Counted from the first letter of the stretch, positions 37,110-46,808 are shown. The stretch is 64,000 bases of DNA from Candidatus Obscuribacteraceae bacterium (GCA_044229845.1 JBGASG010000001.1:128001-192000), one strand, 5' to 3'. The notes: generated by a model from the sequence alone, not told the origin. Numbers and translations: made by a program.

Positions 37110-37585
37110 GTTCCTTTCCCCCTTTCAAAACCCTCGTTGAGCTACGAGCGGTTTCTGTGGTTTCCTACGCTTGCAAAGTGCTGGTGCTGACTATCGAATA
37201 GACCCAGCTGGAACTGCACTTTGTCGGGGTACACGAAACGCTTACCGTTACCAGTTTGGATTAGCCGTCCTGGATTAGTTGGGCGTTGTGTGTCTCCAAG
37301 TACCTCCCTGTTTTCAAGAAGTGATTAACGAGCAATGTATTGTACCCAAAAAAGTCCGGTTACGCAGGCAATCTTCATCTCTCGAAAATAATTCCCGCCG
37401 AGCTTTTTCTCGCCGCAGAAAAATCTCGTGAAAGCCGCATAAACACTCACTTCTCGCAAAGCGCGTCGGAGGGCGATATTGTTACGTAGCTTAGGGAACA
37501 TTCGGCCGGGCACTTCCGCCTCGACCCGTCACCGGCAAAACCTCCGCCGCCTGAGGTGGGCGCTCGCACCACCTGTAGGGTCAGC

Positions 37586-39877
37586 CTAATGGCTCCCAGA
37601 TTGGCTTTCCGGTTGCTGGCGAATCTTGACAGAGTGCCATTCTTCCGGCTTCCCGGACATGATTCGCCGAATCAGGCAATATTCATTGATAGGTTTGTCG
37701 TCCGTTAGGTCTCCCTGTTTGCCGGCCAGTATCTCTTGCACCGGCACCTCGGACTGCAAGACTCGCATCAGAAGAGTTGGCGGGTCCTCCTTGTCCTTCC
37801 CCTCCGAGCCTTCACCCAGGTCGGCGAGGACTGCAGCGGACAGGAGGCTGCGCAGCGTCTGCTCGTCGGGAATCACAATCGGTTTGTCGCTGGCAATCAG
37901 GTGATATCCCCAGCCTTCGGACGACTGGAAAGCTCTGACGTTCGCGAAGCTTTCCTTCAGTGAAGAAACCGTAGCAGCCAGCACGGCCCTCTCGTCGCTG
38001 GGGAACCAGAGCTGCAGGATGCCGCCGGGATTGAGGTGGGCGTGCAGTTGTTGGCAGAACTCCTTCGAATAGAGCAAGCTCGAACCGGCGGCTTCAATGG
38101 GCGGCGGCGGATCAATGGTGATGATGTCGAACATGCGATTGGCGCGTTTTAGGTACCGGCGTCCGTCGTCGACGACGATCTTGTCCAGGTTCGGCACAGT
38201 GTCCGGGTAGAAGTAGGGCAGTCCCTTCTTGACGCCGGGAACCAGCTCCACCACTGTCACATCAGGCGTCCAGCTCATTGCCGAACGAAAGCTCGTGCCC
38301 ATGCCCAGACAAATGACGAGAACGCTTTTCACCGGACTGTCGTGCAGCACAATCGGCAGGTGAGATTCCATTTTTACCCACGGACGGATCAAGGCGATGC
38401 GACGTCCGTTGATGATCAGCTCTGCAGTTTCTCCATGCCCCCAAAGCAGCGAAGTCGCAGCATAGTCGCGGTAAGTCTGAGCGCCGCCGATGCGAGGTTC
38501 TTCATACGAGCCGCACACGAAGACACCGACGCCGAGACCAGCTGCCAGAGTGGCCGTCCACAACAGTCGCCGGGCTTTGGGAAGCGTGCCTTGCCAGACT
38601 ACCTTCAATGCCAGAACGATCAGCGCCAGCGCAAGCAGCAGTCCTCCGAGCCGCGCACCGAGTTGTGGCAACAAGATATATGATGCCACCATCGGTCCGA
38701 CGATGCAGCCAATCGAATTGATTGCATAAGCTTTGCCGGCGATGCCGGGCAGACCGGAAGAGCATTTGTCGATCAGTTGCGGAGTCAAATAACCGAGCAC
38801 AAAAGAAAACGGTGCGATGCTGACCAGTGTAAGCATGGCTCGTGGTCCGGTTTCCGCCAGATAGTTGAGGCTCAAATAAATGACTTCGGTATTGAATCCA
38901 TTGAGCAAGGTCGGCAGAAGCGCGGTGCCGGCGGCAGCAATGATCAACTTTTCGAACGAGAGGGTGGTGCCGCGGCGCTTGTCGAAGACGTATCGCTGAC
39001 TGCCCAGCGCAGTCGAAATCAGGTAGACGAACAGAAGCAAGGCGAATGAATAGATGACAGTGCCCAGAACCGGCATGAATGACCGCGTCCAGATGATTTC
39101 AAACGCCATGGCGATGAAGCCGGTCAGAAAGAGCACCACGAACAGCAAGGGCGATGGATGAGCGTGGCTCTGCTGTTCCTCGATCTCTTCGCACTTCTCT
39201 TCGATGTTCTCTTTGAGCGCTTGCTTGCGCAGAGTCAAAGCCATGACTGCCACAACGATGTTGAGGGCGCAGCCTACGAAAAGGCAAGCGCGCAGTCCGA
39301 TCAGCTCGATCAAAATGAAGGCGGTGACGATCACGCTGCAAGAAGCACCACAGACGTTTGCCCAGTAAAGGAAGCCGAATGATGAGTCGTCAGCTATGTC
39401 TGTTTGTTTGATGTGCGCCATCATCAGGGGATATGTGAATCCCATGAGTGTGCACCAGATCAAAAGTGAGCCGGCAATTGTCACGGCAGACTGAAATAGA
39501 TAGGAGCCCGAGTCGGTGGTGCCTGCGCTTAGCAGCCAGTTCTCGCCGAGCTGGAAGCAAAACGGCACCGTCACCGCGCCCAGTCCGATCGCTACTTCTG
39601 TCAGGGAGTAAAGCTGGATGGCGGGCAGCTTCAGCTTTTTGCAGAACGGTATCACGGCTCGACCAGCGATTACGGAGCCGAGTGCCAGACCGGCCATGAA
39701 GACGGACACAACGATGGAGAGCACCGGCGTGACAACGCCGAAACTGGCGTAAGCAAGCCTCAGCCAAACTGTCTGATAAAGCAGGCCGCAAAACCCGGAC
39801 AGGAAGAAGCAAAGAAAGTAGATTCGCCGCTGCGGATCGGCGAATATCTGTTTCAACATCGACTCTTTTGTTGCCAA
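37586..39877 (-). CDS. Membrane (MFS-like)/spermidine-synthase-like fusion, intact
   Basis: FFLSGFCGLLYQTVW, YAINSIGCIVG, LVICLGMGTS, VTVVELVP, DDGRRYL, DIITIDPPPP, LLYSKEF, LTDDKPINEY. Confidence 0.88.
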   Translation of the reverse strand: MATKESMLKQIFADPQRRIYFLCFFLSGFCGLLYQTVWLRLAYASFGVVTPVLSIVVSVFMAGLALGSVIAGRAVIPFCKKLKLPAIQLYSLTEVAIGLGAVTVPFCFQLGENWLLSAGTTDSGSYLFQSAVTIAGSLLIWCTLMGFTYPLMMAHIKQTDIADDSSFGFLYWANVCGASCSVIVTAFILIELIGLRACLFVGCALNIVVAVMALTLRKQALKENIEEKCEEIEEQQSHAHPSPLLFVVLFLTGFIAMAFEIIWTRSFMPVLGTVIYSFALLLFVYLISTALGSQRYVFDKRRGTTLSFEKLIIAAAGTALLPTLLNGFNTEVIYLSLNYLAETGPRAMLTLVSIAPFSFVLGYLTPQLIDKCSSGLPGIAGKAYAINSIGCIVGPMVASYILLPQLGARLGGLLLALALIVLALKVVWQGTLPKARRLLWTATLAAGLGVGVFVCGSYEEPRIGGAQTYRDYAATSLLWGHGETAELIINGRRIALIRPWVKMESHLPIVLHDSPVKSVLVICLGMGTSFRSAMSWTPDVTVVELVPGVKKGLPYFYPDTVPNLDKIVVDDGRRYLKRANRMFDIITIDPPPPIEAAGSSLLYSKEFCQQLHAHLNPGGILQLWFPSDERAVLAATVSSLKESFANVRAFQSSEGWGYHLIASDKPIVIPDEQTLRSLLSAAVLADLGEGSEGKDKEDPPTLLMRVLQSEVPVQEILAGKQGDLTDDKPINEYCLIRRIMSGKPEEWHSVKIRQQPESQSGSH

Positions 39878-39957
39878 AAGCAGGATTGCTCGGTCCGGCG
39901 AGGGTTGTAGAACACATAGTACCCATCCCGCGTCTGCCTCAACCGAGTGCCGCTTTA

Positions 39958-41091
39958 TCAGAAGGGCAGGTCTTCAGCCGGACCTTTTCCGAAAAGTCGC
40001 TGACGCAAAAGATCGAGATTGAAGAGGCCGGTGGCAAGCAACTGCTCCGCCGTCGGCAGATCGTTTTCGGTGGCTGCCTTAATAGAATCCGTGTACAGAA
40101 AAGAAATGCTCTCCAGCAGCGCTTTCAGCTCGTAGCGTTTGCGCAGCAAATCGCCGCGTCCGTCAAAATCGGAGACGTTGATCAGATCGTTGAGTTCGGA
40201 AAGCACCAGCTCCACATGTCCTGCCTGCTCCAGCAGCGTTGGAACTGAGTATTCATCAAGGAGCTGGTCGCCTTCTTCGCCGTAATGCTCGCCGATGGAA
40301 TTTCGCACATCGTCGACTTTTAGCAGCAATTTTGTGATTGTCGCCTGGGCGTGATCTATATCGCCGGATGCCAGCGATTCGAGAGCCTTGTCGTACTTGT
40401 GCATGATCTTGTTGAACTGGGCGGTGGCTTCCGGCTCGTGTATGGAGTTGAGCAGCACGCGGGTTTGCACCAAACAGTTGGTCAGCTCCAGCGTGCGGCG
40501 TAGCGGGCTGGCCAGCATCGGGTTGCTGAGCCCGGTCCAGCCGGGCAGGGCGCGCGAGTTTTCGGCGCGAATCAATTCGCTGGCTAAGGAAACTTTGAGC
40601 AAGCCTGCCTGTGCCGCTCTGATCGCTTCTTCGTCATAGTCGCCTTCCAGTGCTGAAAGTGCGCGCTGATAGTAATCCATAGCGCCATCAAGGATGGTGC
40701 GCGCGAAATCGCTGACCCAGCAATTGCTGTATTCGATCATCGCCTTGATGCGCGCCAGAGTGGACGACAGATAGCCAATCTTGTCTTCGGCTTCATTGGC
40801 ATTGGGGACGGTCGGCAGTGGCGGCAACTTGGTGAGTTGAGCGCTTTTCACCACGGTGTAGGCGATATCCAGATGCACCCAGCCCACCTTGAGCACATGC
40901 AGGGTTTGCGATGGGTTGTACTTCATGGCGGCGATTGCTTCATCGTGCAATTCGTAGGCCACGTTCATGTGTTCGCGCGCGATGTCACTGAAGGCTTTGC
41001 GGCGGTCGCCGAGGGCGGCGCGCACCTCTTCGAGCTTGGTGTTGAACTGCTCCAGCTCCATGCGCGCTTTCACTTTGTCGACAATTTTCAT
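39958..41091 (-). CDS. All-alpha hypothetical protein with about four internal helical repeats
   Basis: Recurring YxxA[LIV]xA[LM]xxxDxxxA pattern; overlaps the upstream ORF by 4 nt. Confidence 0.7.
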   Translation of the reverse strand: MKIVDKVKARMELEQFNTKLEEVRAALGDRRKAFSDIAREHMNVAYELHDEAIAAMKYNPSQTLHVLKVGWVHLDIAYTVVKSAQLTKLPPLPTVPNANEAEDKIGYLSSTLARIKAMIEYSNCWVSDFARTILDGAMDYYQRALSALEGDYDEEAIRAAQAGLLKVSLASELIRAENSRALPGWTGLSNPMLASPLRRTLELTNCLVQTRVLLNSIHEPEATAQFNKIMHKYDKALESLASGDIDHAQATITKLLLKVDDVRNSIGEHYGEEGDQLLDEYSVPTLLEQAGHVELVLSELNDLINVSDFDGRGDLLRKRYELKALLESISFLYTDSIKAATENDLPTAEQLLATGLFNLDLLRQRLFGKGPAEDLPF

Positions 41092-41504
41092 GTCACCGGC
41101 CCGCGCCGCAAGCGGCGCACTTCCGAAAGCACCGACTGCAATTCGAACTTGAGCTTGTTGACGTCGCGCTCGATCTTCTTCATTTCGTCGTTGCTGCCGG
41201 AGAATTCGAAAAACTCGCCCTCGCCGAGTTCCCGCTCGGCGGTCTCAGCCTCCATGAGTTTCTCGATGAAACCAGCTTCCAGCGCGCAGACCGCGATTTG
41301 CTGCCCGGCAAAATCCAGGTCGTCTTCGGTGAGCGCCTCCACCGCCTTCCAATATTTGGAGAAACTGGACTGAATGCGGTTGCCGATCATGCGGCTCCAG
41401 GGACCGGAGGCGGCATAGTTGGTTTTCAAAAGCGTCAGGCGCGACGCAATGCCGGCCAGCTTGCGCTTAAGCAGTTCTCGGTCGCCCCAGTGTTTAACGG
41501 ACAT
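41088..41504 (-). CDS. Helical hypothetical protein (single copy of the same repeat)
   Basis: KYWKAVEALTEDDLDFAGQQIAVCALEAGFIEKLMEAE; 9 nt after the dnaE stop with GAGG RBS. Confidence 0.7.
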   Translation of the reverse strand: MSVKHWGDRELLKRKLAGIASRLTLLKTNYAASGPWSRMIGNRIQSSFSKYWKAVEALTEDDLDFAGQQIAVCALEAGFIEKLMEAETAERELGEGEFFEFSGSNDEMKKIERDVNKLKFELQSVLSEVRRLRRGPVT

Positions 41505-41513
41505 GCCTCAAAA

Positions 41514-44500
41514 TCAGATCGATACTCTGTTGACGAGAACTTTGGCGCCGGTTGGAAATGTAGTTTTTATGGCATCCGAAAGTTCAACACAAGCATCTAC
41601 CCAAAACTGGCTGCCGACAAGTACCGTCTGGTTAGATTTGCCCTGTGGGAAGTGAAGAAGCACCGGGTCGTCCCCCTTGTAAGAGGCCAGGATGCTCTTC
41701 AAGCGGTGCAGGTCGGTAAAAGACTGCTCCTGCGTGAAAAATACGTTGACCAGATGTGCATCGGAAATGCGGCGCACGGCGTTAGCCATGATCGAGATTT
41801 CGTTGTCGTCGCCTTTCTTTATCTTTCCCTTGACGAGAACCAGCGACCGCGGAATTAGCACATCCGGTGAAAGTTTCTCGAGCGTCTCGGAATAGATGAC
41901 CACTTCTGTTTTGCCGGTCAGATCTTCCAGGTGCAAGATTGCCAGCAGTTTGTTGGTCTTGGTTAGTTTCTTCTCGATACCGGTTGCCAGACCGCCCAGG
42001 ATCACGGTCGATCCGTCTTTGCACTCGGAGACCTCACGCAGTTGATGGGTGGTCAGCCAGCGCAGGCGGTTGCACACCCTCTGCAACGGGTGACTGGTGA
42101 CGTAAAATCCGAGCAATTCGTGCTCCATGGTTTGCAGGTCGTGCTCGGAAAATTCCGTGTCGTCGCCCTTGAGGGCAGTGACGGTCTCCATGGCGGTGCC
42201 GCCGCCGATGCTGAACAGACTGATCTGTCCGGTGGCTTTCTGACTCTGGCGACGGTTGGCAGTGTCCACCAGCGAATCGAGATTGTTGAGTGCTTTTTTG
42301 CGAGAAACATTCAAGCTCAGGCAAGCGCCGCAGCGAATCAATGATTCTATGGCGCGCTTGTTAACGATGCGCAGATCAATGCGTTCGAGGAAGTTGTGAA
42401 TGCTGTCGTATTTGCCCTCGGCTTCGCGCTGCGCAACGATCTCGGCAACGGCCGCTTCGCCGACGTTGCGCACGGCCGACAATCCGAAGCGAATCGTGTT
42501 GCCGTCGGCAGTGAAATCGCTTCCCGAGACGTTGATATCGGGAGGCAGAATGTCGATACTCATCGCCTGGCATTCAGCGATGTATCCCTGCACCTTATCT
42601 TGTTCGCCGCTGACGCTGGAGAGCAGCGCGCACATGTATTCGACCGGGTAATGCGTCTTGAGATAGGCGGTCTGGTAGGTCAGGAATGCATAAGCTTGCG
42701 AGTGCGACTTGTTGAAGCAGTACTCGGCAAACTGCACCATGACGTCGAAAAGATTGTTGGCTTTGTCCGAGGCGATGGCATTTTTGGCGCAGCCGCTGAC
42801 GAAGATCTCGCGCTGCTTTTCCATTTCTTCGGGCTTTTTCTTACCCATGGCGCGGCGCAGTAAGTCGGCTTGTCCGAGGCTATATCCACCCAGTTGCTGA
42901 GCCACTTGCATGATCTGTTCTTGATAGACGATCTGCCCGTAGGTGTCTTTCAAGATCGGCTCAAGGTGCGGCGTCACATAGGTGATCGGCGCCTTGCCGT
43001 TTTTGCAGGCGATGAATTTGTCGATCATACCGGTGTCCAGCGGACCCGGACGATAGAGCGCGATCAGCGCCGATAAGTCTTCCATGCCGGTCGGCTTCAT
43101 GTCGCGCGCCACCTGGCGCATGCCGGCTGAAGTTTCTAACTGGAATATCCCTGCCAGGTCGCCGTTGCTGATGGTCTGGTAGGTCTGTTCGTCGTCGAGC
43201 GGCAACTCGTTGGGGACTATTTCTATGCCGCGAGTTTCTCGCAAAATTTTGACCGCTTTGTCGATCATGGTCAGGTTGCGCAGACCGAGGAAGTCCATCT
43301 TAACCAGCCCGACATAAGCCAGGTCTTCCATGTAGTACTGAGCGATAACCGTGCCGTCGTTGTTGCGCTGCAAGGGCACCAGCTCTTCCAGCGGTACGTC
43401 ACCGATGACCACGCCGGCGGCGTGCATACCGAAAGTTTTGTTGACGCCCTCAAGTTTCTTCGCCAGATCAATTACCTGACGCGCCTCGTCGTTGGTGGCA
43501 TAGACTTTCTTGAACTCGGGATGTTCGTCGACCATCTCTTCCAGGGGTGTCGGCTTGCCGCGCACCACGGGCACCATCTTGGCCAGTTTGTTGGATTCGG
43601 CGAACGGAAATTCCAGCACGCGAGCGATGTCTTTCAACACCGCCTTACTGGTCATGCGGTTGAAAGTAATAATCTGGGCGACGCGATCTTCGCCGTATTT
43701 TTGCGAGACGTATTTGATGACGGCGTCGCGACGTTCGATGCAAAAGTCGGTGTCGATATCGGGCATCGACTTGCGCTCGGGGTTGAGGAAACGCTCGAAC
43801 AGCAAGTTGTACTTAATCGGGTCGATGTCGGTGATGCCGAGCGCGTATGCGATCAACGAGCCGGCGGCGGAACCGCGTCCCGGTCCGACTGGAATGCCGT
43901 TGTCGCGCGCGTAGCGAATGAAGTCCGAGACGATCAGGAAGTACGACGCGAAGTTCATGTCGCAGATGACTTTCAATTCGATACGCGCGCGATCGATGAC
44001 TTCCTGCGCGAGCGGACCGCCCGGGAAGTGGCGCTTCAGACCTTCGAATACGAGATAGTCGAGGAAAGTTTCATCGGTATGGCCGGGAGGCACTTGAAAC
44101 ACCGGCAGTCGCGGGTCGCCGGCCAGCTTGACCATATCGATTTTGTCGGCAATCTCCAGGGTTGAACGCAGCGCTTCTTCGATGTGTTCGTCGTCGTAGT
44201 GGTCGCGGAACAGATGCGACATTTCGTCGCCGTTTTTGATGTACTCCCAACCGGTGAATTTCATGCGGTTGGTATCGGTGACCAGTTTGCCCATTTGCAC
44301 GCAGAGGAGCGCGTCGTGAGCCATGGCATCTTCTTTGTCGGTGAAGTGGCTGTCGTTGGTGGCGCACAGCTTGATGCCCAGTTCGCGGGACAATTTCAGG
44401 AGCGGGCGATTGACCTTGCGGTCTTCCCACATGCCGTGATCTTGCACTTCAATGTAATAGTTGTCGCCGAAGACTTCCTTGTACCAGGCGGCGCTCGCTT

Positions 44501-44966
44501 TGGCTTTGTCGTAGTCATCGCGCAGGAGGTGCTGGCTCAGTTCCGCACCCAGACAGCCTGACAGAATAATCAAACCTTCGCCGTTCTCGGCAAGCATCTG
44601 CTTGTTGATGCGAGGCTTGTAGTAATAGCCGTCGAGGTGGGCGCGGGAGGACAGGCGTACGAGATTGCGGTAGCCGGTCAGGTTTTGCGCCAGCACGGTC
44701 AGGTGATAGAGAGACTGTTTTGTCGATCTATCTTTCGGGTCTCCATCAATAATGTAAGCTTCCATGCCGATGATGGGCTTGACGCCGCCCATTTCATGGC
44801 AAGTTTTCGTCAATTCAACTGCGCCGTACATGACGCCGTGATCGGTGACTGCGACCGCCGGCATGTTCTGTGACTTGGCCTTTTTGACAAGCGCCTTCAT
44901 CACAGTTGCTCCGTCGAGCAAGCTGTACTCTGTATGCAAATGTAGAGGCACGTAGGGACGCGACAT
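41514..44966 (-). CDS. dnaE: DNA polymerase III alpha subunit, contiguous and intein-free
   Basis: PHP motifs HLHTEYSLLDG and TDHG, GPGRGSAAGS, MPDIDTDF, KMDFLGL, FNKSH, C-terminal OB fold. Confidence 0.97.
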   Translation of the reverse strand: MSRPYVPLHLHTEYSLLDGATVMKALVKKAKSQNMPAVAVTDHGVMYGAVELTKTCHEMGGVKPIIGMEAYIIDGDPKDRSTKQSLYHLTVLAQNLTGYRNLVRLSSRAHLDGYYYKPRINKQMLAENGEGLIILSGCLGAELSQHLLRDDYDKAKASAAWYKEVFGDNYYIEVQDHGMWEDRKVNRPLLKLSRELGIKLCATNDSHFTDKEDAMAHDALLCVQMGKLVTDTNRMKFTGWEYIKNGDEMSHLFRDHYDDEHIEEALRSTLEIADKIDMVKLAGDPRLPVFQVPPGHTDETFLDYLVFEGLKRHFPGGPLAQEVIDRARIELKVICDMNFASYFLIVSDFIRYARDNGIPVGPGRGSAAGSLIAYALGITDIDPIKYNLLFERFLNPERKSMPDIDTDFCIERRDAVIKYVSQKYGEDRVAQIITFNRMTSKAVLKDIARVLEFPFAESNKLAKMVPVVRGKPTPLEEMVDEHPEFKKVYATNDEARQVIDLAKKLEGVNKTFGMHAAGVVIGDVPLEELVPLQRNNDGTVIAQYYMEDLAYVGLVKMDFLGLRNLTMIDKAVKILRETRGIEIVPNELPLDDEQTYQTISNGDLAGIFQLETSAGMRQVARDMKPTGMEDLSALIALYRPGPLDTGMIDKFIACKNGKAPITYVTPHLEPILKDTYGQIVYQEQIMQVAQQLGGYSLGQADLLRRAMGKKKPEEMEKQREIFVSGCAKNAIASDKANNLFDVMVQFAEYCFNKSHSQAYAFLTYQTAYLKTHYPVEYMCALLSSVSGEQDKVQGYIAECQAMSIDILPPDINVSGSDFTADGNTIRFGLSAVRNVGEAAVAEIVAQREAEGKYDSIHNFLERIDLRIVNKRAIESLIRCGACLSLNVSRKKALNNLDSLVDTANRRQSQKATGQISLFSIGGGTAMETVTALKGDDTEFSEHDLQTMEHELLGFYVTSHPLQRVCNRLRWLTTHQLREVSECKDGSTVILGGLATGIEKKLTKTNKLLAILHLEDLTGKTEVVIYSETLEKLSPDVLIPRSLVLVKGKIKKGDDNEISIMANAVRRISDAHLVNVFFTQEQSFTDLHRLKSILASYKGDDPVLLHFPQGKSNQTVLVGSQFWVDACVELSDAIKTTFPTGAKVLVNRVSI

Positions 44967-45190
44967 GGAGCCTCCAAGACCCCGCTGCCGGCGCGTCAGT
45001 CGCCGAGAGCATGGACAAGAATTTTAGCCTTTTTGACGGGCGGTGACCTAAGTAGTGGATAACCGAGCGGGGCTGCGTACATCTAATCTGAATCGGATCT
45101 GCCTATCATCGGATATCGATCTCGAGCAGGTGCTGATCTTGTATACGTTCCTGACCTCTAAAAAGTTCAATGCAACTGCATATTTATGCG

Positions 45191-45219
45191 TTGACAAGTG
45201 AATGAATGTTCATTATTGT
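45191..45219 (+). promoter_or_regulatory. sigma70 promoter with palindromic operator in the spacer
   Basis: TTGACA (45191-45196)-N17-TATTGT (45214-45219); AATGAA-TG-TTCATT at 45201-45214. Confidence 0.7.
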
Positions 45220-45283
45220 GTCCTCAGGGCTATCAGAGATGTCGGTTAAGCCATTCTCTTGGACTTAACGCGAGGTCTTAACC

Positions 45284-46495
45284 GTGGCCGAAGTTGATAC
45301 AGGCGCAGACAAGGGTACAAAAGCGGATCCAATCATCGATTGGTTCGGCTTCGGTGGTGAACCGGAGTTTCTGCCTCCATTACCAGGAAAGAAAGACGAT
45401 CCCTGCGCTGGTGGTCGTTGTGAAATCAAGCCCGGCAAAGACGGCGGCGAACGGCCGTCTACAGGCGGGCAGACCTTTTACGGTGTCGAGGCTGAATCGG
45501 TCAGCCTGTACCGCAAAGGACAGGGCTCCCGCAAAGCCGGTGGCGAAACCGCTGTCAATCCGCCAGACGGCGGCGGCGGCCGCGATGTGGTAGCGCCACC
45601 GGATGTAGTGGCAAAACCCGGCTTGAAAGACAACCCGACATTCACGGGCGAGCAGGCTGCCGAAGCGCTCAAATACGCCAAAGACAACAAATTGCCGGTC
45701 ATCGTTTATATGGGCGCCGACTGGTGTCCGGGCTGCCAGCAATTGAAGCCGCAAGTCGAAGCCAAAATGGCTCAGATGGGTGGACGGGCCGTACTTATTG
45801 AAGTGAACGCGGACCACGGAATTCCTGCCGAACTGCGTCAGAGCCTCGCCGGCACCCGCAGCATTCCGGCTGCCTGGGTCGGACAGGCGACAGACGGCGG
45901 CTTCCAGGGCACCAAGATGGGCAATGCGTCCCAGGTGCTCTCGCAGATGGAGCAGATCAGGACCAGTACACCGGCGCCGGTGCGCGATCAGGTCACTCCT
46001 CCGGGACCGAACCCCAGACGCGATGTTTTGCCCCCACCGCCGGGACCAGTCAAAGGACCGGTCGAGAAAGATAAGACGCCTACCGGCGGCGACAAACCGC
46101 TCGATCCCAACGCGCCTGAAGTTTTTGAAGGTGGCGATGTAGCGGCTGCACTTAAATACGCCGCTGAACACAATCTGCCTGTGTTCCTGCGCGAAAGCGC
46201 CACCTGGTGTGGACCCTGCAATGCGATGAAACCGATGTGGGAGAAAAACCAGGCTGAACTCAAAGGCAAGGCCGTGTTTATTCACGTCGATGCCGACGCC
46301 TACGGAAACGGGCAATACGGGCAAGATGCGATGAAACTGCTGCAACCGATCATCAACGGCAACACCAGAGTGCCGGCCGTCTGGTCGGGAACGGCTTCAC
46401 TGGATGCCGGCGGAAACCCGGTCGCCAACTTGAAGAAACTGGGCAGTGCCTGGCAAGTCACTCCTATGCTGGATCGCCTGCGCGGCGCCCGCTAG
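45284..46495 (+). CDS. Protein with two thioredoxin domains and Pro/Gly-rich linkers
   Basis: ADWCPGC and ATWCGPC, each preceded by ALKYA...LPV and followed by a cis-Pro motif (SIPA / RVPA). Confidence 0.85.
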   Translation: MAEVDTGADKGTKADPIIDWFGFGGEPEFLPPLPGKKDDPCAGGRCEIKPGKDGGERPSTGGQTFYGVEAESVSLYRKGQGSRKAGGETAVNPPDGGGGRDVVAPPDVVAKPGLKDNPTFTGEQAAEALKYAKDNKLPVIVYMGADWCPGCQQLKPQVEAKMAQMGGRAVLIEVNADHGIPAELRQSLAGTRSIPAAWVGQATDGGFQGTKMGNASQVLSQMEQIRTSTPAPVRDQVTPPGPNPRRDVLPPPPGPVKGPVEKDKTPTGGDKPLDPNAPEVFEGGDVAAALKYAAEHNLPVFLRESATWCGPCNAMKPMWEKNQAELKGKAVFIHVDADAYGNGQYGQDAMKLLQPIINGNTRVPAVWSGTASLDAGGNPVANLKKLGSAWQVTPMLDRLRGAR

Positions 46496-46538
46496 AGGAA
46501 GAAACAAGAACTGCGTCTGAGCAACACCAGACAGCATG

Positions 46539-46564
46539 AAGGGGCACCAGATATGGTGCCCCTT
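46539..46564. repeat. Intergenic palindrome, copy 2 (possible terminator between convergent genes)
   Basis: AAGGGGCACCA-GATA-TGGTGCCCCTT, 11-bp stem, followed by AAACTTTTTCT. Confidence 0.8.
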
Positions 46565-46601
46565 AAACTTTTTCTGTGGGTCGGTCCGAATGTCTAACTG
46601 A

Positions 46602-46808
46602 TCAGACGAGGACTTTCTGTTTTGTCGATGTAAGGCGTGCGCGACGGACACGTCTGCCAACTACGGAATTGTGGCGGTTGCTGGCGCCGATTCCGTCTCT
46701 TTTCAGCAGTGTCTCGTGAACGCGTCGTTGTTCGAGTTCTACGATCGCCGATCGCATCCAGAACTGGAGGCACCGTTTTTCTTCGTTGGTCAGCGTAATG
46801 TCACTCAT
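46602..46808 (-). CDS. Small basic hypothetical protein (68 aa)
   Basis: GGAGG RBS 7 nt before ATG. Confidence 0.6.
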   Translation of the reverse strand: MSDITLTNEEKRCLQFWMRSAIVELEQRRVHETLLKRDGIGASNRHNSVVGRRVRRARLTSTKQKVLV

